From Candidatus Spongiisociaceae bacterium (GTDB lineage Bacteria; Actinomycetota; Acidimicrobiia; Spongiisociales; Spongiisociaceae), in NCBI GenBank assembly GCA_965262915.1, contig OZ253564.1, forward strand, positions 1,280,001 through 1,344,000: DNA of 64,000 bases, in the 5' to 3' direction. A program made the position numbers and the translations under genes. The notes beneath the pieces are model-generated. The model was not told the origin of the DNA. It worked only from the letters and a program-made list of their open reading frames with translations, and made no database searches. Below, piece after piece: positions 49,837 through 59,826 of the stretch (its first letter is position 1; the number at the start of each line of letters is the position of its first letter).

Positions 49837-50572
49837 CGTTGTCGGGTACCGGGCCAAGTTCGGCGTGATTGTCCCGTCCACCAACACGGTGGTCGAGCAC
49901 GACTTCAACATGATCGGACCGCGTGGTGTCACGTTCCACACCGGCCGCATGTACATCGGGACCCCAACCCTCGACTCCGACGAGTCCTTCCTGGCCCTGA
50001 TCGGGGAGATCCGCGCCTCCATATCCGTCGCCGTGCGGGACGTGCTCACCTGCCAACCCGACTACATGGTGATGGGTATGTCGGCGGAGACCTTCTGGAA
50101 CGGGGTGGAAGGTAACCGGCGCTTCGAGACCCGCATCAAGGACGCCACCGGACTGGAATTGAGCACCGGCGCCACCAGTTGCCGGACCGCTCTCGAACTG
50201 CTCGGAGTGGAGCGTATCGCCGTGCTCACTCCTTACCAGCCGGTTGCCGACCGGGAGGTCGCCCGGTTCTTCACGGAGGCCGGTTTCTCGGTCAGGCGGG
50301 CGGAGGGTCTCAAGTGCCCTACGGCGACCTCGATCGCCGAGGTCACGCGTGCAACGCTTGTCCATGTATTGCGGGAACTGGACGGCGATGATGTCGACGC
50401 CATCGTGCAGGCGGGTACCAACCTGTCGATGGTGCGCCTGGCAGCAGAGGCAGAGGAGTGGCTGGCCAAGCCCGTGATCGCCATCAACGCCGCGACGCTG
50501 TGGCACGCGCTGCGCGCCAACGGGTTCGACGACCGTTTCGAGGGTCTCGGTTCGTTATTCGCCGAGCACTAG
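49829..50572 (+). CDS. Asp/Glu racemase / maleate isomerase / arylmalonate decarboxylase superfamily protein
   Basis: GVIVPSTNTVVE, LTPY, QAGTNL, KPVIAIN. Confidence 0.85.
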   Translation: MPDVVGYRAKFGVIVPSTNTVVEHDFNMIGPRGVTFHTGRMYIGTPTLDSDESFLALIGEIRASISVAVRDVLTCQPDYMVMGMSAETFWNGVEGNRRFETRIKDATGLELSTGATSCRTALELLGVERIAVLTPYQPVADREVARFFTEAGFSVRRAEGLKCPTATSIAEVTRATLVHVLRELDGDDVDAIVQAGTNLSMVRLAAEAEEWLAKPVIAINAATLWHALRANGFDDRFEGLGSLFAEH

Positions 50573-50574
50573 CT

Positions 50575-50870
50575 GGTGTCAGGTGTCAGGTGTCAGGTGT
50601 CAGGTGTCAGGTGCCAGGGGTCAGTGAAGACTGGCGGGACTGAAGGATTTTCGGTGTTTTTGAGTTGGGTTGGTGACCTGTCTGTCCTGTCGGTGGCCAT
50701 AGAACCGATCATTGAGGATTGGTACCTGGCACCTGGTACCTGGCACCTGTTGTCGGGTGTCAGTGGTGACTGGCGGGATTGAAGGATTCTCGGTGTCTTT
50801 GAGCTAGGTTGGTGACCTGTCCGTCCCGTCGGTGGCCACAGAACCCATCATCGAGGACTGGCACCTGGCT
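50575..50870 (+). repeat. (GGTGTCA)5 array plus two tandem copies of the ~110-bp dispersed repeat
   Basis: Heptamers at 50575-50616; cores at about 50620-50722 and 50760-50862, each followed by TGGCACC/TGGTACC units; fills the gap between convergent genes. Confidence 0.9.
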
Positions 50871-51513
50871 AGATGTCGGCACGCACGGTCCATAGATACT
50901 TGATGGCGTCGTCCTCGCTCACCACCTCCGCGTACTTGGCTTGGAGGTCGAAGAGGTTGGCCTCGTGGGGCCTGGGATCGCGGTCGCCGACCGCGTCGGC
51001 AACGACGATCGGGATGAATCCGTACTGCATGGCGTCCACTGCGGATGCCCGGACGCACCCGCTCGTGGAGAGACCCACGATGACCACCGTGTCTACACCC
51101 AGGGCCGTCAACGTAGAGGCAAGGGATGTGCCGAAGAAGGCGCTGGCGTACTGCTTGTAGATGATGATCTCGTCCCGTCCGGGCGCCAGCTCGTCCGGAA
51201 TCTCGCCTAGCGAAGATCCGGCTTCGAACACCTCCAACACAGGGATCTTGCGGTAGAAGATGCCACCGTCGACACCGCCCGGCGTGTAGATCACCTTGGT
51301 GTAGATGACCGGGATAGTGCTCTTCCGGGCCGCAGCGAGCACGCGGCCCGCGGATTGCAATGCGTTCTCCACTCCTGCGTACAGTGGTGAGTCCGGATCG
51401 AGGTAGGCGTTGACGAAGTCGATGACGAGAAGCGCCGGACGCTCTCCCGGCTCCAGGCTTCGCTTGAAACCGGCAGCCTCGTAGTCGGCGTCGAGGTCGA
51501 TGTCGGTGCTCAT
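50869..51513 (-). CDS. Isochorismatase-family cysteine hydrolase (N-carbamoylsarcosine amidase/NicF-like)
   Basis: ALLVIDF, KQYASAFFGT, GLSTSGCVRASAVDA. Confidence 0.9.
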   Translation of the reverse strand: MSTDIDLDADYEAAGFKRSLEPGERPALLVIDFVNAYLDPDSPLYAGVENALQSAGRVLAAARKSTIPVIYTKVIYTPGGVDGGIFYRKIPVLEVFEAGSSLGEIPDELAPGRDEIIIYKQYASAFFGTSLASTLTALGVDTVVIVGLSTSGCVRASAVDAMQYGFIPIVVADAVGDRDPRPHEANLFDLQAKYAEVVSEDDAIKYLWTVRADI

Positions 51514-51611
51514 GCGTTTCTCCGTTCAGCAGGCCATCGCCGCGATCGACAGTAGCCGGGATCGCAATCCGGCTGTGCCCAGCCGCACCCTCCTAGAGTC
51601 TGGTAGCGAGT

Positions 51612-52522
51612 ATGGGTTCCAGCGGCATTCTCATCACCAAGATGCTCGGCGCCACTCTGGCGGTGCCCGAGCCTACCCGCACCGTCGAGGCCCTGGCCGA
51701 TGCCTTCGAGTGGAGGGTTCACGGCACGGGCGACCTCGACGGGCGCTGGTCCTCACTGGGCCTGGCGGGAGTCGGACTTCGTAGTCATGGGTCGTCCGGA
51801 GGCCACCCGTGGGCTGGTAAGGCTGATCCGTGCCTCGGTCACGGGAGGGCGGCGGCCGCTTACCCCGCGCATGGTCGTCGGTGGAGCCCGTGGTGCGGGA
51901 TCTCGGCGGGCTGGTGGACATGGTGGACCGGCACCCCGAGTTCGAACTCTCGAGTCCGGGTATCGAACTCGACATGAGGGACCACGGGAGCAACATCCAC
52001 CAGGCGGCGGTGGCGCGGCTGCATGACTGCCTGTTCGTGCTGACGATGGCCGTGACCCGACCGGCCGAGAGGGACTTCCCCGAGTCGCCCCCCAGGGTCG
52101 GCCATATCTTCGCCGCCCATCTCCGCTCGACCGAGGCCGATGCAGCCCGACATCTGTACACCGATGCGTTCGGGATGCGTCCGCTGATGGTGGTGAAAGG
52201 CTACGACACCTTCATACACCAGTTCTGGGGCGTTGACAGCCGTTATCCGGTACGAGTGGACGTTCTCCAGGGAGTCGCCGAGGGGCTCGGGCTGGGAGCC
52301 GTGGAGGTCCAGTCGTGGCCCCGCGGCTACCTGGGGCGGTACGTGACCGAGCCGGTACCACCCGGGATCTCGGCCGTCACCTACCAGACCCCCGATCTGC
52401 CCGTCGCTCGCTCGGCGGTTGCCCGAGCCGGCATCACGATCGTTGGCGAGGACCCCGACGGCTTCGTAGTGCGCGGAGCGGAGGGCGAACTCCTGGAGGT
52501 CATCTCGACGGTCTGGATCTGA
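51612..52522 (+). pseudogene. VOC-like hypothetical gene, frameshifted
   Basis: Protein-like segments spread over ORFs 51612, 51700 and 51830; ends RGAEGELLEVI, like 28406-28987. Confidence 0.55.
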
Positions 52523-52543
52523 GCGACCGTTCGCGTCCGATCC

Positions 52544-53467
52544 TCAGCGGAACTGCGGCATGACCCCGGAGGCGAACTGGCGGATGGCATCCGAGTCGAA
52601 GGGCGGTCGGTTGCCGAATACGTTCAGGTTGATCTGCTCGGCGCCGGCGTCTCGGTAGGCGGCTACCTGCTCGACGACCTCGTCGACGGTTCCCAGTAGC
52701 ACCTCGTCGGGGCGCAGGTAGGACGCTCCTACCAGTTCCCGGTAGGCGTCGGCTTCCGCTCGCGTCGTTCCCATGTAGAACCCGACGTTGATGGCCCTTC
52801 CTACCTCCCGGCGGCTTCGGCCCTCCATCTCCAGGACCTCGTCGAGCCTCTCGATTCGGGCCGTGTACTCGGAAGGGGTCATGTTGTTGCCGTTGTACAC
52901 GTCGGCGTACCGGGCTGCCAGCGGAACCAGACGGACCATACCCTTGCCGCCGATCCACAGCGGGATCCGGTCCTGGATAGGACGCGGGGTGAGTGCCGCG
53001 TCATCGACCCGGAAGTGGCGTCCCCGGTAGGTGAAGCGCTCGTTATGCAGCATGCCCGGCACGACCACGCAGGCCTCTGAGAGCTGGTCGAGGCGTACTC
53101 CCGCAGTGGGGAACTCGTATCCGAAGGCGGTGTACTCGGCTTCCATCGCACCGGTACCGAGGCCCAGTTCGACCCGGCCCTTGCTCCAGCGGTCGACCGT
53201 GGCCACCGCCTTGGCGATCAGGCCGGGTGACCGGAACCCCACCGCCCACACCAGGCAGCCGATCCTGACGCGGGTCGTTTCGAGGGCCAGCGCGGTGAGC
53301 GTTGCGACCGGCTCGTAGCAGACCGGGGATCCGTCGCCGCGTGGGATCGGATAGAAGTGATCCGATGTGAAGATCGTGTCGAACCCCACGTTCTCGGCCA
53401 GCCGCCAGACGTCGACCAGATCGTCAAGCGAGCATTCCTGCTGTCCCGTATGCAGCCCGAACCGCAT
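52544..53467 (-). CDS. LLM-class (F420-dependent) oxidoreductase
   Basis: GFDTIFTSDHF, GRVELGLGTG, PLWIGGKG. Confidence 0.9.
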   Translation of the reverse strand: MRFGLHTGQQECSLDDLVDVWRLAENVGFDTIFTSDHFYPIPRGDGSPVCYEPVATLTALALETTRVRIGCLVWAVGFRSPGLIAKAVATVDRWSKGRVELGLGTGAMEAEYTAFGYEFPTAGVRLDQLSEACVVVPGMLHNERFTYRGRHFRVDDAALTPRPIQDRIPLWIGGKGMVRLVPLAARYADVYNGNNMTPSEYTARIERLDEVLEMEGRSRREVGRAINVGFYMGTTRAEADAYRELVGASYLRPDEVLLGTVDEVVEQVAAYRDAGAEQINLNVFGNRPPFDSDAIRQFASGVMPQFR

Positions 53468-53587
53468 CGATCGACCTCCTCTTCTTCCTCGGGATGCTGG
53501 TACGGCGTGGGCATCCCGCGGCCGGCATCCCTGGCGAATCCTTGTTAGGGGGTTCCCAGCATCAGTTCCTTAGGGTACGGTAAGTGC

Positions 53588-53794
53588 ATGGAGGCCCTCT
53601 CGGATTGGATCACTCCTGCCATAGTCATCGCTGTGTCGGGCCTGTTCTGACGGCACCTCGTCCGGATCGAGCACCGGTTCGACCGGGTGGAGGATCGTCT
53701 GGATGTCCTAACCCGTGAAGTCGCGGCCAACGGCACGGCTATAGCCCGGCTCGAGGGGCGCCACGAGGGACACCCTGTTCCCGCTACCGAATAA
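53588..53794 (+). pseudogene. Small membrane-anchored coiled-coil protein with an internal TGA (absent from the ORF track)
   Basis: MEALSDWITPAIVIAVSGLF*RHLVRIEHRFDRVEDRLDVLTREVAANGTAIARLEGRHE; TGA at 53648-50. Confidence 0.6.
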
Positions 53795-53836
53795 ATACTG
53801 TCAAGCCGAGACCCGGTGCGGGACTCGGCAGGCTTC

Positions 53837-54787
53837 TCAGGGCACTACCAATACGCGGCCGCGGCCACCGACGGCTGCGTAGCCGGCGGCCATTTCCTCC
53901 AGCGGGACGGTCAGGCGGACGATCGGCTTTAGTACTCCCTGCGAGATGTCTTCAAGCACCTCTGCGATGACCTCCTGGTAGCGGCCGGGAGGGGCCTGGT
54001 AGGCGTGGAAACCCATGAGGCGGTGCTGGCGGATCATCGTCAGTGGGATGGTGAAGTTGGTACTCCTTCCGGCGCTGTACCCGATCAACAGGTGCCGCGC
54101 CCTGGGCGCGCCGCACAGGATGGCGGAGTTGAGGTAGGGGGCCGCCCAAGGGGTCGATGATCACGTCGGCGCCCTTGCCGCCGGTGGCGGCCATAACCTC
54201 CGCCGTCAGGTTCTCGATGGATATCGGTATGGCGTCCAAGTCGTCGAGCGCGGAGGTGTCACGGCCCGCGGCCAGGACCGAAGCCCCGAACGCGGCGGCG
54301 ATCTGGCAGGCGGCTCTTCCTACCGATCCGGTAGCGCCGAGTACCAGCACCGTCCCGTCGGGCTGCAGTCGCCCGTAGTCGAACAGCGACTGCCGTGCGG
54401 AGATGCCTCCGCTCACGCCGGCTGCGGCCAGCATCGGGTCCACACCCTCCGGGATGGGTACTGCCGCGGCGTCGGGCACCGAAACCTGCTCCGCCATCAC
54501 TCCCGGCCGGCGGTTCCCGATGCCGAACGGCCCCCCGCCGACGTAGACGAGTCCTCCGGAGTCCAGTGTCTCCGAACTCAGGACACGCCCCACGCCCGTG
54601 GCGCCCGGCTGGATGGGGAGCGGTCCGGCGCCGGGCAGGTTCCCCATGGCGATCTGGCGGTCGAGCGGGGCTATCTCAGCGGCGATGATTCGATCAGGGT
54701 CTCCCCGACGCCGGGTTCCGGTGTTGGTATGTCGACAACAACCGGACCGGGGGGGTCGGCGAACTCGGGAATCCTCACGGCGCGCAC
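53837..54787 (-). pseudogene. MDR/quinone oxidoreductase family, frameshifted
   Basis: GTG after AGGAGG; VLVLGATGSVG, GADVIIDPLGG; N- and C-termini lie in other frames. Confidence 0.75.
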
Positions 54788-54802
54788 TGCGGCACCTCCT
54801 CT

Positions 54803-56263
54803 TCAGGTTGCGGGTCGCCGGATGAACCGACCCGTCGGGTTTCCGGTGATCTTCCCGTCTGCCAGGATCTGCCCCCCTCGCAGGAATACGTCTTTGACCC
54901 ATCCGGTGAGTTCGTGACCCTCGAACGGGGTGTACTCCTGGGCTGACTCAGACTCGGCTGCGGTCACCACGAACGACTTGGCCGGATCCAGCACCACCAG
55001 GTCGGCGTCCAATCCGGGAGCTATATCACCCTTGGTGTGCAGTCCGTAGCGGCGAGCCGGGTTGGCGCTCAAGAGTTCCGCGACCCGGTTGGGGGACAGC
55101 CCACGTCGCGTCCCTTCGCCGAAAACGCCTGACAGCAGGTACTCGGCCCCCCCGAATCCGGCCTTGGCCAGGAACACGTCATCGCGATCGGCAGGCGAGA
55201 ACTTCATCTCGTCCAAGCAGCAGGCATGGTCCGAAACCACCCAGTCCACGTTTCCGTCGAGCAGGTGGCGCCACAGGGCTTCGCGGTCCGCCTCGCTCCG
55301 CAGCGGAGGGTTGACCTTCCCGCCGAGGCCGCCGGCCGTGTCGTAGCTTGTCAGCAGGTGCCCCACGGTGACCTCGCGCCGGAAGTCGATGTTCTCGAAG
55401 GTAGTGGCCATCAGCATCGCCGCATCGAGGGCCTTGGCCGAAGACAGGTGCAGGAGGTTGATGGTCGCCAATCCGGTCTCGTAGGCGAGGTATGCGGCCA
55501 CCGTCACCGCCAGGCCTTCGGAGTGGGGAGGCCGTGAGGCACTGTAAGCCTCGAGGCCGGACAGAGTGGTGTCCTGTTCGACCTTCTCCGTGTAGGCGCG
55601 CATGATCTCCGCCGTCTCGCAGTGGAGAGACAGGCTGATGTTGTCGGCGATGCTGCCGAAGCGTTCCCGAGCAGCCTGGATACCCCGCATCACCTCCTCG
55701 AAGTGGGCCACGTCATAGGACTCCCCCTCGGGTGTCATGAGAAAGGACCGCTGATCGGTTGAACGTCCGTGAAGGCCGTGACCGCCGTAGAACATGAAGA
55801 TCTTGAAGGACGGTACCCCGAAGTCCTCGATAATCGACGGGATCTCCTCTACGTGCCGGCGCATCATCGGAGCTACATGGAAGCTGTAGTCGACGTAGGC
55901 CCGGTTGGCGGCCATATCCAGCGCCACTGGCAGGAACTCCGCATAGGGACCCCCCCGGTTCAGGTAGTACTGGCCGGTACGGATGTAGGTGATGCCGGTG
56001 GTCACGCCACCCTGTGCGGATGCGCGGCTCTCCGTTTCCGCGTCCACCTCGAGCGGGTTGTAGATGCCCCAGTGCTGGTGAGCATCCACGACACCCGGGA
56101 AAACCAGGAGTCCTCCCGCGTCATGGGTAGGAGCGCCGGCCGGATCGATGTTCGGCTGGAGTGCGGCGATCCTGCCATCGCGAACGGCTACATCGAGGTG
56201 TCGGACATCGGTTCGGAAAGGCCGTACGACCCTTCCGTTCTTGATGACCAGATCGTAAGGCAT
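54803..56263 (-). CDS. Allantoinase/dihydroorotase-family cyclic amidohydrolase
   Basis: PGVVDAHQH, SFKIFM, LHCE, LHLSS, VNPPLR, SDHA, GLDADLV. Confidence 0.9.
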   Translation of the reverse strand: MPYDLVIKNGRVVRPFRTDVRHLDVAVRDGRIAALQPNIDPAGAPTHDAGGLLVFPGVVDAHQHWGIYNPLEVDAETESRASAQGGVTTGITYIRTGQYYLNRGGPYAEFLPVALDMAANRAYVDYSFHVAPMMRRHVEEIPSIIEDFGVPSFKIFMFYGGHGLHGRSTDQRSFLMTPEGESYDVAHFEEVMRGIQAARERFGSIADNISLSLHCETAEIMRAYTEKVEQDTTLSGLEAYSASRPPHSEGLAVTVAAYLAYETGLATINLLHLSSAKALDAAMLMATTFENIDFRREVTVGHLLTSYDTAGGLGGKVNPPLRSEADREALWRHLLDGNVDWVVSDHACCLDEMKFSPADRDDVFLAKAGFGGAEYLLSGVFGEGTRRGLSPNRVAELLSANPARRYGLHTKGDIAPGLDADLVVLDPAKSFVVTAAESESAQEYTPFEGHELTGWVKDVFLRGGQILADGKITGNPTGRFIRRPAT

Positions 56264-56434
56264 CCAGCCTTCCCCTTTCACCGTGGCAGGGCGGAGGATG
56301 TGGTGAAACTAGTATGTGCTACGACCCACCGCCGAATCCGGCGGGCTTCTATCAAACAGGGCTCAGTGCAGATCCTCCGAAGGAACAACCGATCGAGACA
56401 CGGTCTGACCTCCTCAGGGTCATGCGACAGACCC

Positions 56435-57685
56435 ATGCCGACCAGCAAGCGGCTTGGCCGCCTTCCGATGCTGAGGGCCTTCCGCCATCGCGGGTTCACA
56501 ATCCTCTGGAGTTCGATGCTCCTCTACCGTCTCGGGTTCTGGATAGGTTCGATTACCTTTCAGTGGTTGGTGGCGCGCGTCACCGATAACAGCCCTTTGA
56601 TGTTGGGTCTACTGGCATTCTTCAACCTGATCCCGATGCTGTTCATAACCCCTGTGGGTGGTGTGGTGGCGGATCGGGTGGGTCGAAGTCAGATCATGGT
56701 GGTTACCCAACTCGTTATGGGTGCGTTCACCGGACTTCTCACCCTGCTGGTCGTGCTTGGTCGAGCCGACTCCGTGGTTGTCCTTTTCGCCTTCGCCTTC
56801 GTTTTCGGTGTGGTCCTCTCCTTCAACGCTCCGGCCAACCAAGCCGCGGTCGCCAACTCGGTTCCGGACTCGGACCTGAGAAGCGCTATTGCTCTCAACT
56901 CCATAGGTCTCAACCTGGCCAGGATCGGAGGTCCGGCCCTCGCAGGGCCGCTCATCCTTGCGTGGGGAGCGGGGGCCAGCTTCGGCCTATGGGCGTTGGT
57001 ATGCGTGTCAGCCGCAGTCGGAATCTCAGCCGTCACCTTGAGACCCTACGAGCGCGAACCCGATTCACTGGGCGTGATGCGCCGGATAGTTCAAGGGTTC
57101 GACCATGTGCGGGCGCGACCTCCCGCCATGCTCGCGCTCACGCTGGTCGCGGTCCTTACGATCTTCGGGCAGTCGTACTCGGCGGTCGTAGCCGTCATCG
57201 CATATGACACCCTTGGCCTCGGTGATCGGGCCTTCACGTTGTTGGTCACATTCACAGGGATCGGAGCCATGGTTGGTGCTCTGGCGGCAGGAACCGGACG
57301 GTTGCCGTCGAAGCTTCCCCGTCTTGCGATGTGGACGGTGGGCTACGCAGTGGTGCAGGCGGCTTTCGGCATGTCCCGCTCGCTTTGGATCTCGTTGGCC
57401 CTGATCGCCTGTGTAGGGGGCCTCAACTTCTTCCTGATGACCTCGCTGAACGTGCTCCTGCAGCACCTCACGGTCGAATCCAAGAGAGGAAGGGTCATGA
57501 GCCTGTTCATGCTGGCGTGGGGTGGGCTGTATCCCGTCGGGGGTCTTGCCATCGGTTTCGTCGGTGAGCTCATCTCGGTGCCGACCACCCTCGTCGTGTT
57601 CGCGGCGGTGCTCAGCGTGCTCAGCCTTTGGATCGGGTGGGTCGCCCGGTCCGCGGCCTCGACGGTTCAAGCAGGTCGGGCGTAG
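56435..57685 (+). CDS. MFS transporter
   Basis: About 12 TM helices; GGVVADRVGR, RGRVMSL. Confidence 0.9.
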   Translation: MPTSKRLGRLPMLRAFRHRGFTILWSSMLLYRLGFWIGSITFQWLVARVTDNSPLMLGLLAFFNLIPMLFITPVGGVVADRVGRSQIMVVTQLVMGAFTGLLTLLVVLGRADSVVVLFAFAFVFGVVLSFNAPANQAAVANSVPDSDLRSAIALNSIGLNLARIGGPALAGPLILAWGAGASFGLWALVCVSAAVGISAVTLRPYEREPDSLGVMRRIVQGFDHVRARPPAMLALTLVAVLTIFGQSYSAVVAVIAYDTLGLGDRAFTLLVTFTGIGAMVGALAAGTGRLPSKLPRLAMWTVGYAVVQAAFGMSRSLWISLALIACVGGLNFFLMTSLNVLLQHLTVESKRGRVMSLFMLAWGGLYPVGGLAIGFVGELISVPTTLVVFAAVLSVLSLWIGWVARSAASTVQAGRA

Positions 57686-58614
57686 ATCTCCCTGAGCCTG
57701 GGATCCAGGAACGCGTAAAGGACATCGACTGCCGCGTTCAACAGTAGAAAGAAGGTCGCCAGGAACAGGGTTGCTCCGGTTGTCACCGGGATGTCCTGGT
57801 TACGGAGGGATTGCACGAGGAGCCGGCCGACGCCGGGGATCGTGAAGACCGTCTCGACGATGGCCGTTCCGCTGATCAATACCCCTACCAGCAGACCTAT
57901 CACCGTTGCTGTCGGAAGCACGGCATTGGGGAGCGCCACATGCCGCATCACCTTGCTTTCGGCCAGCCCGGCGGAGCGTCCGAACGTGACGTAGTCGCGT
58001 TGGAGGGTCTCCCGCATCGAGACCTGGAGGGTCCGGGAAACCAGCGCGACGGTTGCCAGACCGAGCACAAACGAGGGTAGGACGAGGTGCATGAGATTCC
58101 CGGCGGGATCCTCGGAGAACGGGACCCATCCACCGGCCGGAAGCAGGTCCGGCAGATACAGACCGAACAGCATCAGCAGCAGCAGCCCTAGCCAGAATCT
58201 CGGTACCGAAACCCCGATCACCGTCGCCACCCTGATCGCGATGTCCCCATACCGCCCCCTCCGGGCGGTGGCGTAGAGACCCAGTCCGAGACCGATCGAC
58301 GTTGCGGCTACGGCGGTGAAGAGAGCGAGTTCGAGGGTGGGACCGGCCCGGTCGGCGACCAGGTCGACGACCTCGGCGCCGCTCAGCCACGACCGTCCCA
58401 GGTCCCCCCGGACGAGGTTGGAAATGTAACGCCCGTACTGGACGGCCAGCGGCCGATCGAGACCCAGTTCCCGGGCGTCGAGACCCCCGAAGATCATCGC
58501 CACGTTCCCGGGTGTCAAGGAGATGAGCAGGAAGACAATGGTTGCCACCGCCCAGAGCACCAGCACCGAGGTGACGAACCGTCTCACGATGAACCGCCAG
58601 ATCAGCCCATCCAT
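57667..58614 (-). CDS. Peptide/nickel ABC transporter permease (OppB/DppB-like), orphan
   Basis: GLDRPLAVQY, GDLGRS, ETVFTIPGVG, LDPR; no other subunits adjacent. Confidence 0.9.
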   Translation of the reverse strand: MDGLIWRFIVRRFVTSVLVLWAVATIVFLLISLTPGNVAMIFGGLDARELGLDRPLAVQYGRYISNLVRGDLGRSWLSGAEVVDLVADRAGPTLELALFTAVAATSIGLGLGLYATARRGRYGDIAIRVATVIGVSVPRFWLGLLLLMLFGLYLPDLLPAGGWVPFSEDPAGNLMHLVLPSFVLGLATVALVSRTLQVSMRETLQRDYVTFGRSAGLAESKVMRHVALPNAVLPTATVIGLLVGVLISGTAIVETVFTIPGVGRLLVQSLRNQDIPVTTGATLFLATFFLLLNAAVDVLYAFLDPRLREIYARPA

Positions 58615-58668
58615 TGCCTCATCTTCACGGTCGGAGGACCGGCCCGCGAATCGGATCGGCGGCTTTCA

Positions 58669-59748
58669 TCACGCAGGCCGGACGTTGTGGTTCCTGAGGT
58701 GTTCCCAACGCTTGGCCTCGACCGGACCGACTCCGGTGAAGTCCTCCATGCGCTCGCTCACCGCGAACATGGTCACCCCTAGGTCCAGGTAGCGGGCGAA
58801 CTACTGGTGGAACCGATCGGGATCCGGTACTCCGGTGAGGGTGAAGTGCGGGGCGACGGCGGTCTTGGCCAGGGTGGCTGCTTTCTCTGCGGCGCCCGCA
58901 GCGGCCAGGCGGCGGATCTCCATGGCTTCCGTCCACAGGTCGCCGTGGCGCCACAGCGACTCGAACCCGGGGTGGGAGCAATGCAGGACGATGTTCTTCA
59001 GCCATGACTGCTGTCTAGCCTTCAAGAAAGGGTCGTCTATGTCGGTGAGAAAGTGGGTCTCGACGCAGACCTCGAATCCGTCGAGCGAACGACCGTTCCG
59101 TGCCGCTCCCTCCCGGATCCTGTCCCATGCCCACCTCACGTAGGTCTCGGAGGCATGCTCGAGAATCACGCCGTCCGCCCAGGCGCCTGCGATCCGTAGC
59201 ATCATCGGCCCTACGGCGGCGATGTAGATCGGGGGGATGCGGTCCGGGATCAGGTCCAGGGTGGCGTGCCGGACGCGGACGGTCTTCCCCTCATACCGCA
59301 GGGCGCCTGTCGGAGAGCGTTCGATCCCGGGAACTTCCTGGCCGAACAGTGCCCTGTACAGCTTGATGGTGTCCTCCATGCGGCTGGCCGGCCGTTTGAA
59401 CTTCAGGCCCATCACGTCTTCGACCATGTAGGGCATCGAGGCGCCCAGGCCCAGGGAGAATCGACCCCTCGACACTGCGTCGACCCAGGCCGCCCCGGAG
59501 GCGAGCAGCGTGGGGGAGTGGCCGAATACCCCCATGATCCGGGAGTTGACCTCCACACGGCTGGTTGCCTGGGCGATCAAGGTGAGTCCCGGGAAGAGCT
59601 CGCTGCGTCCGAAGTCCGCCAGGCACACCACATCGAACCCTGCCTCCTCCTGGGCGAGCGCGGTTGCGACCACATGATCCGGAGTGATCCTGCCTTCCCA
59701 CCCTGGGATGGTGAAGTGGTTTGCCTGAGTGGCGAATCGGACTGTCAA
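58669..59748 (-). pseudogene. LLM-class oxidoreductase with an internal TAG
   Basis: AQEEAGFD, GRFSLGLGAS, PIYIAAVGP; TAG at 58801-03 followed by 43 more in-frame sense codons. Confidence 0.75.
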
Positions 59749-59826
59749 GGAGACCGGAACTGCCTTGTGCGGGACCAGGAGTGTACATTTCGGGGCCGAG
59801 CACCAACGTGGGTAGGGGAGGGGAGC

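Noticed and set aside
50575-50870. Possible CRISPR array
   Set aside because: Contiguous 7-mers and two near-identical long units; no unique spacers and no cas genes
53648-53650. TGA recoding (selenocysteine or alternative genetic code)
   Set aside because: TGA ends many genes here, there is no redox motif or evident SECIS, and a Trp-to-stop mutation is simpler
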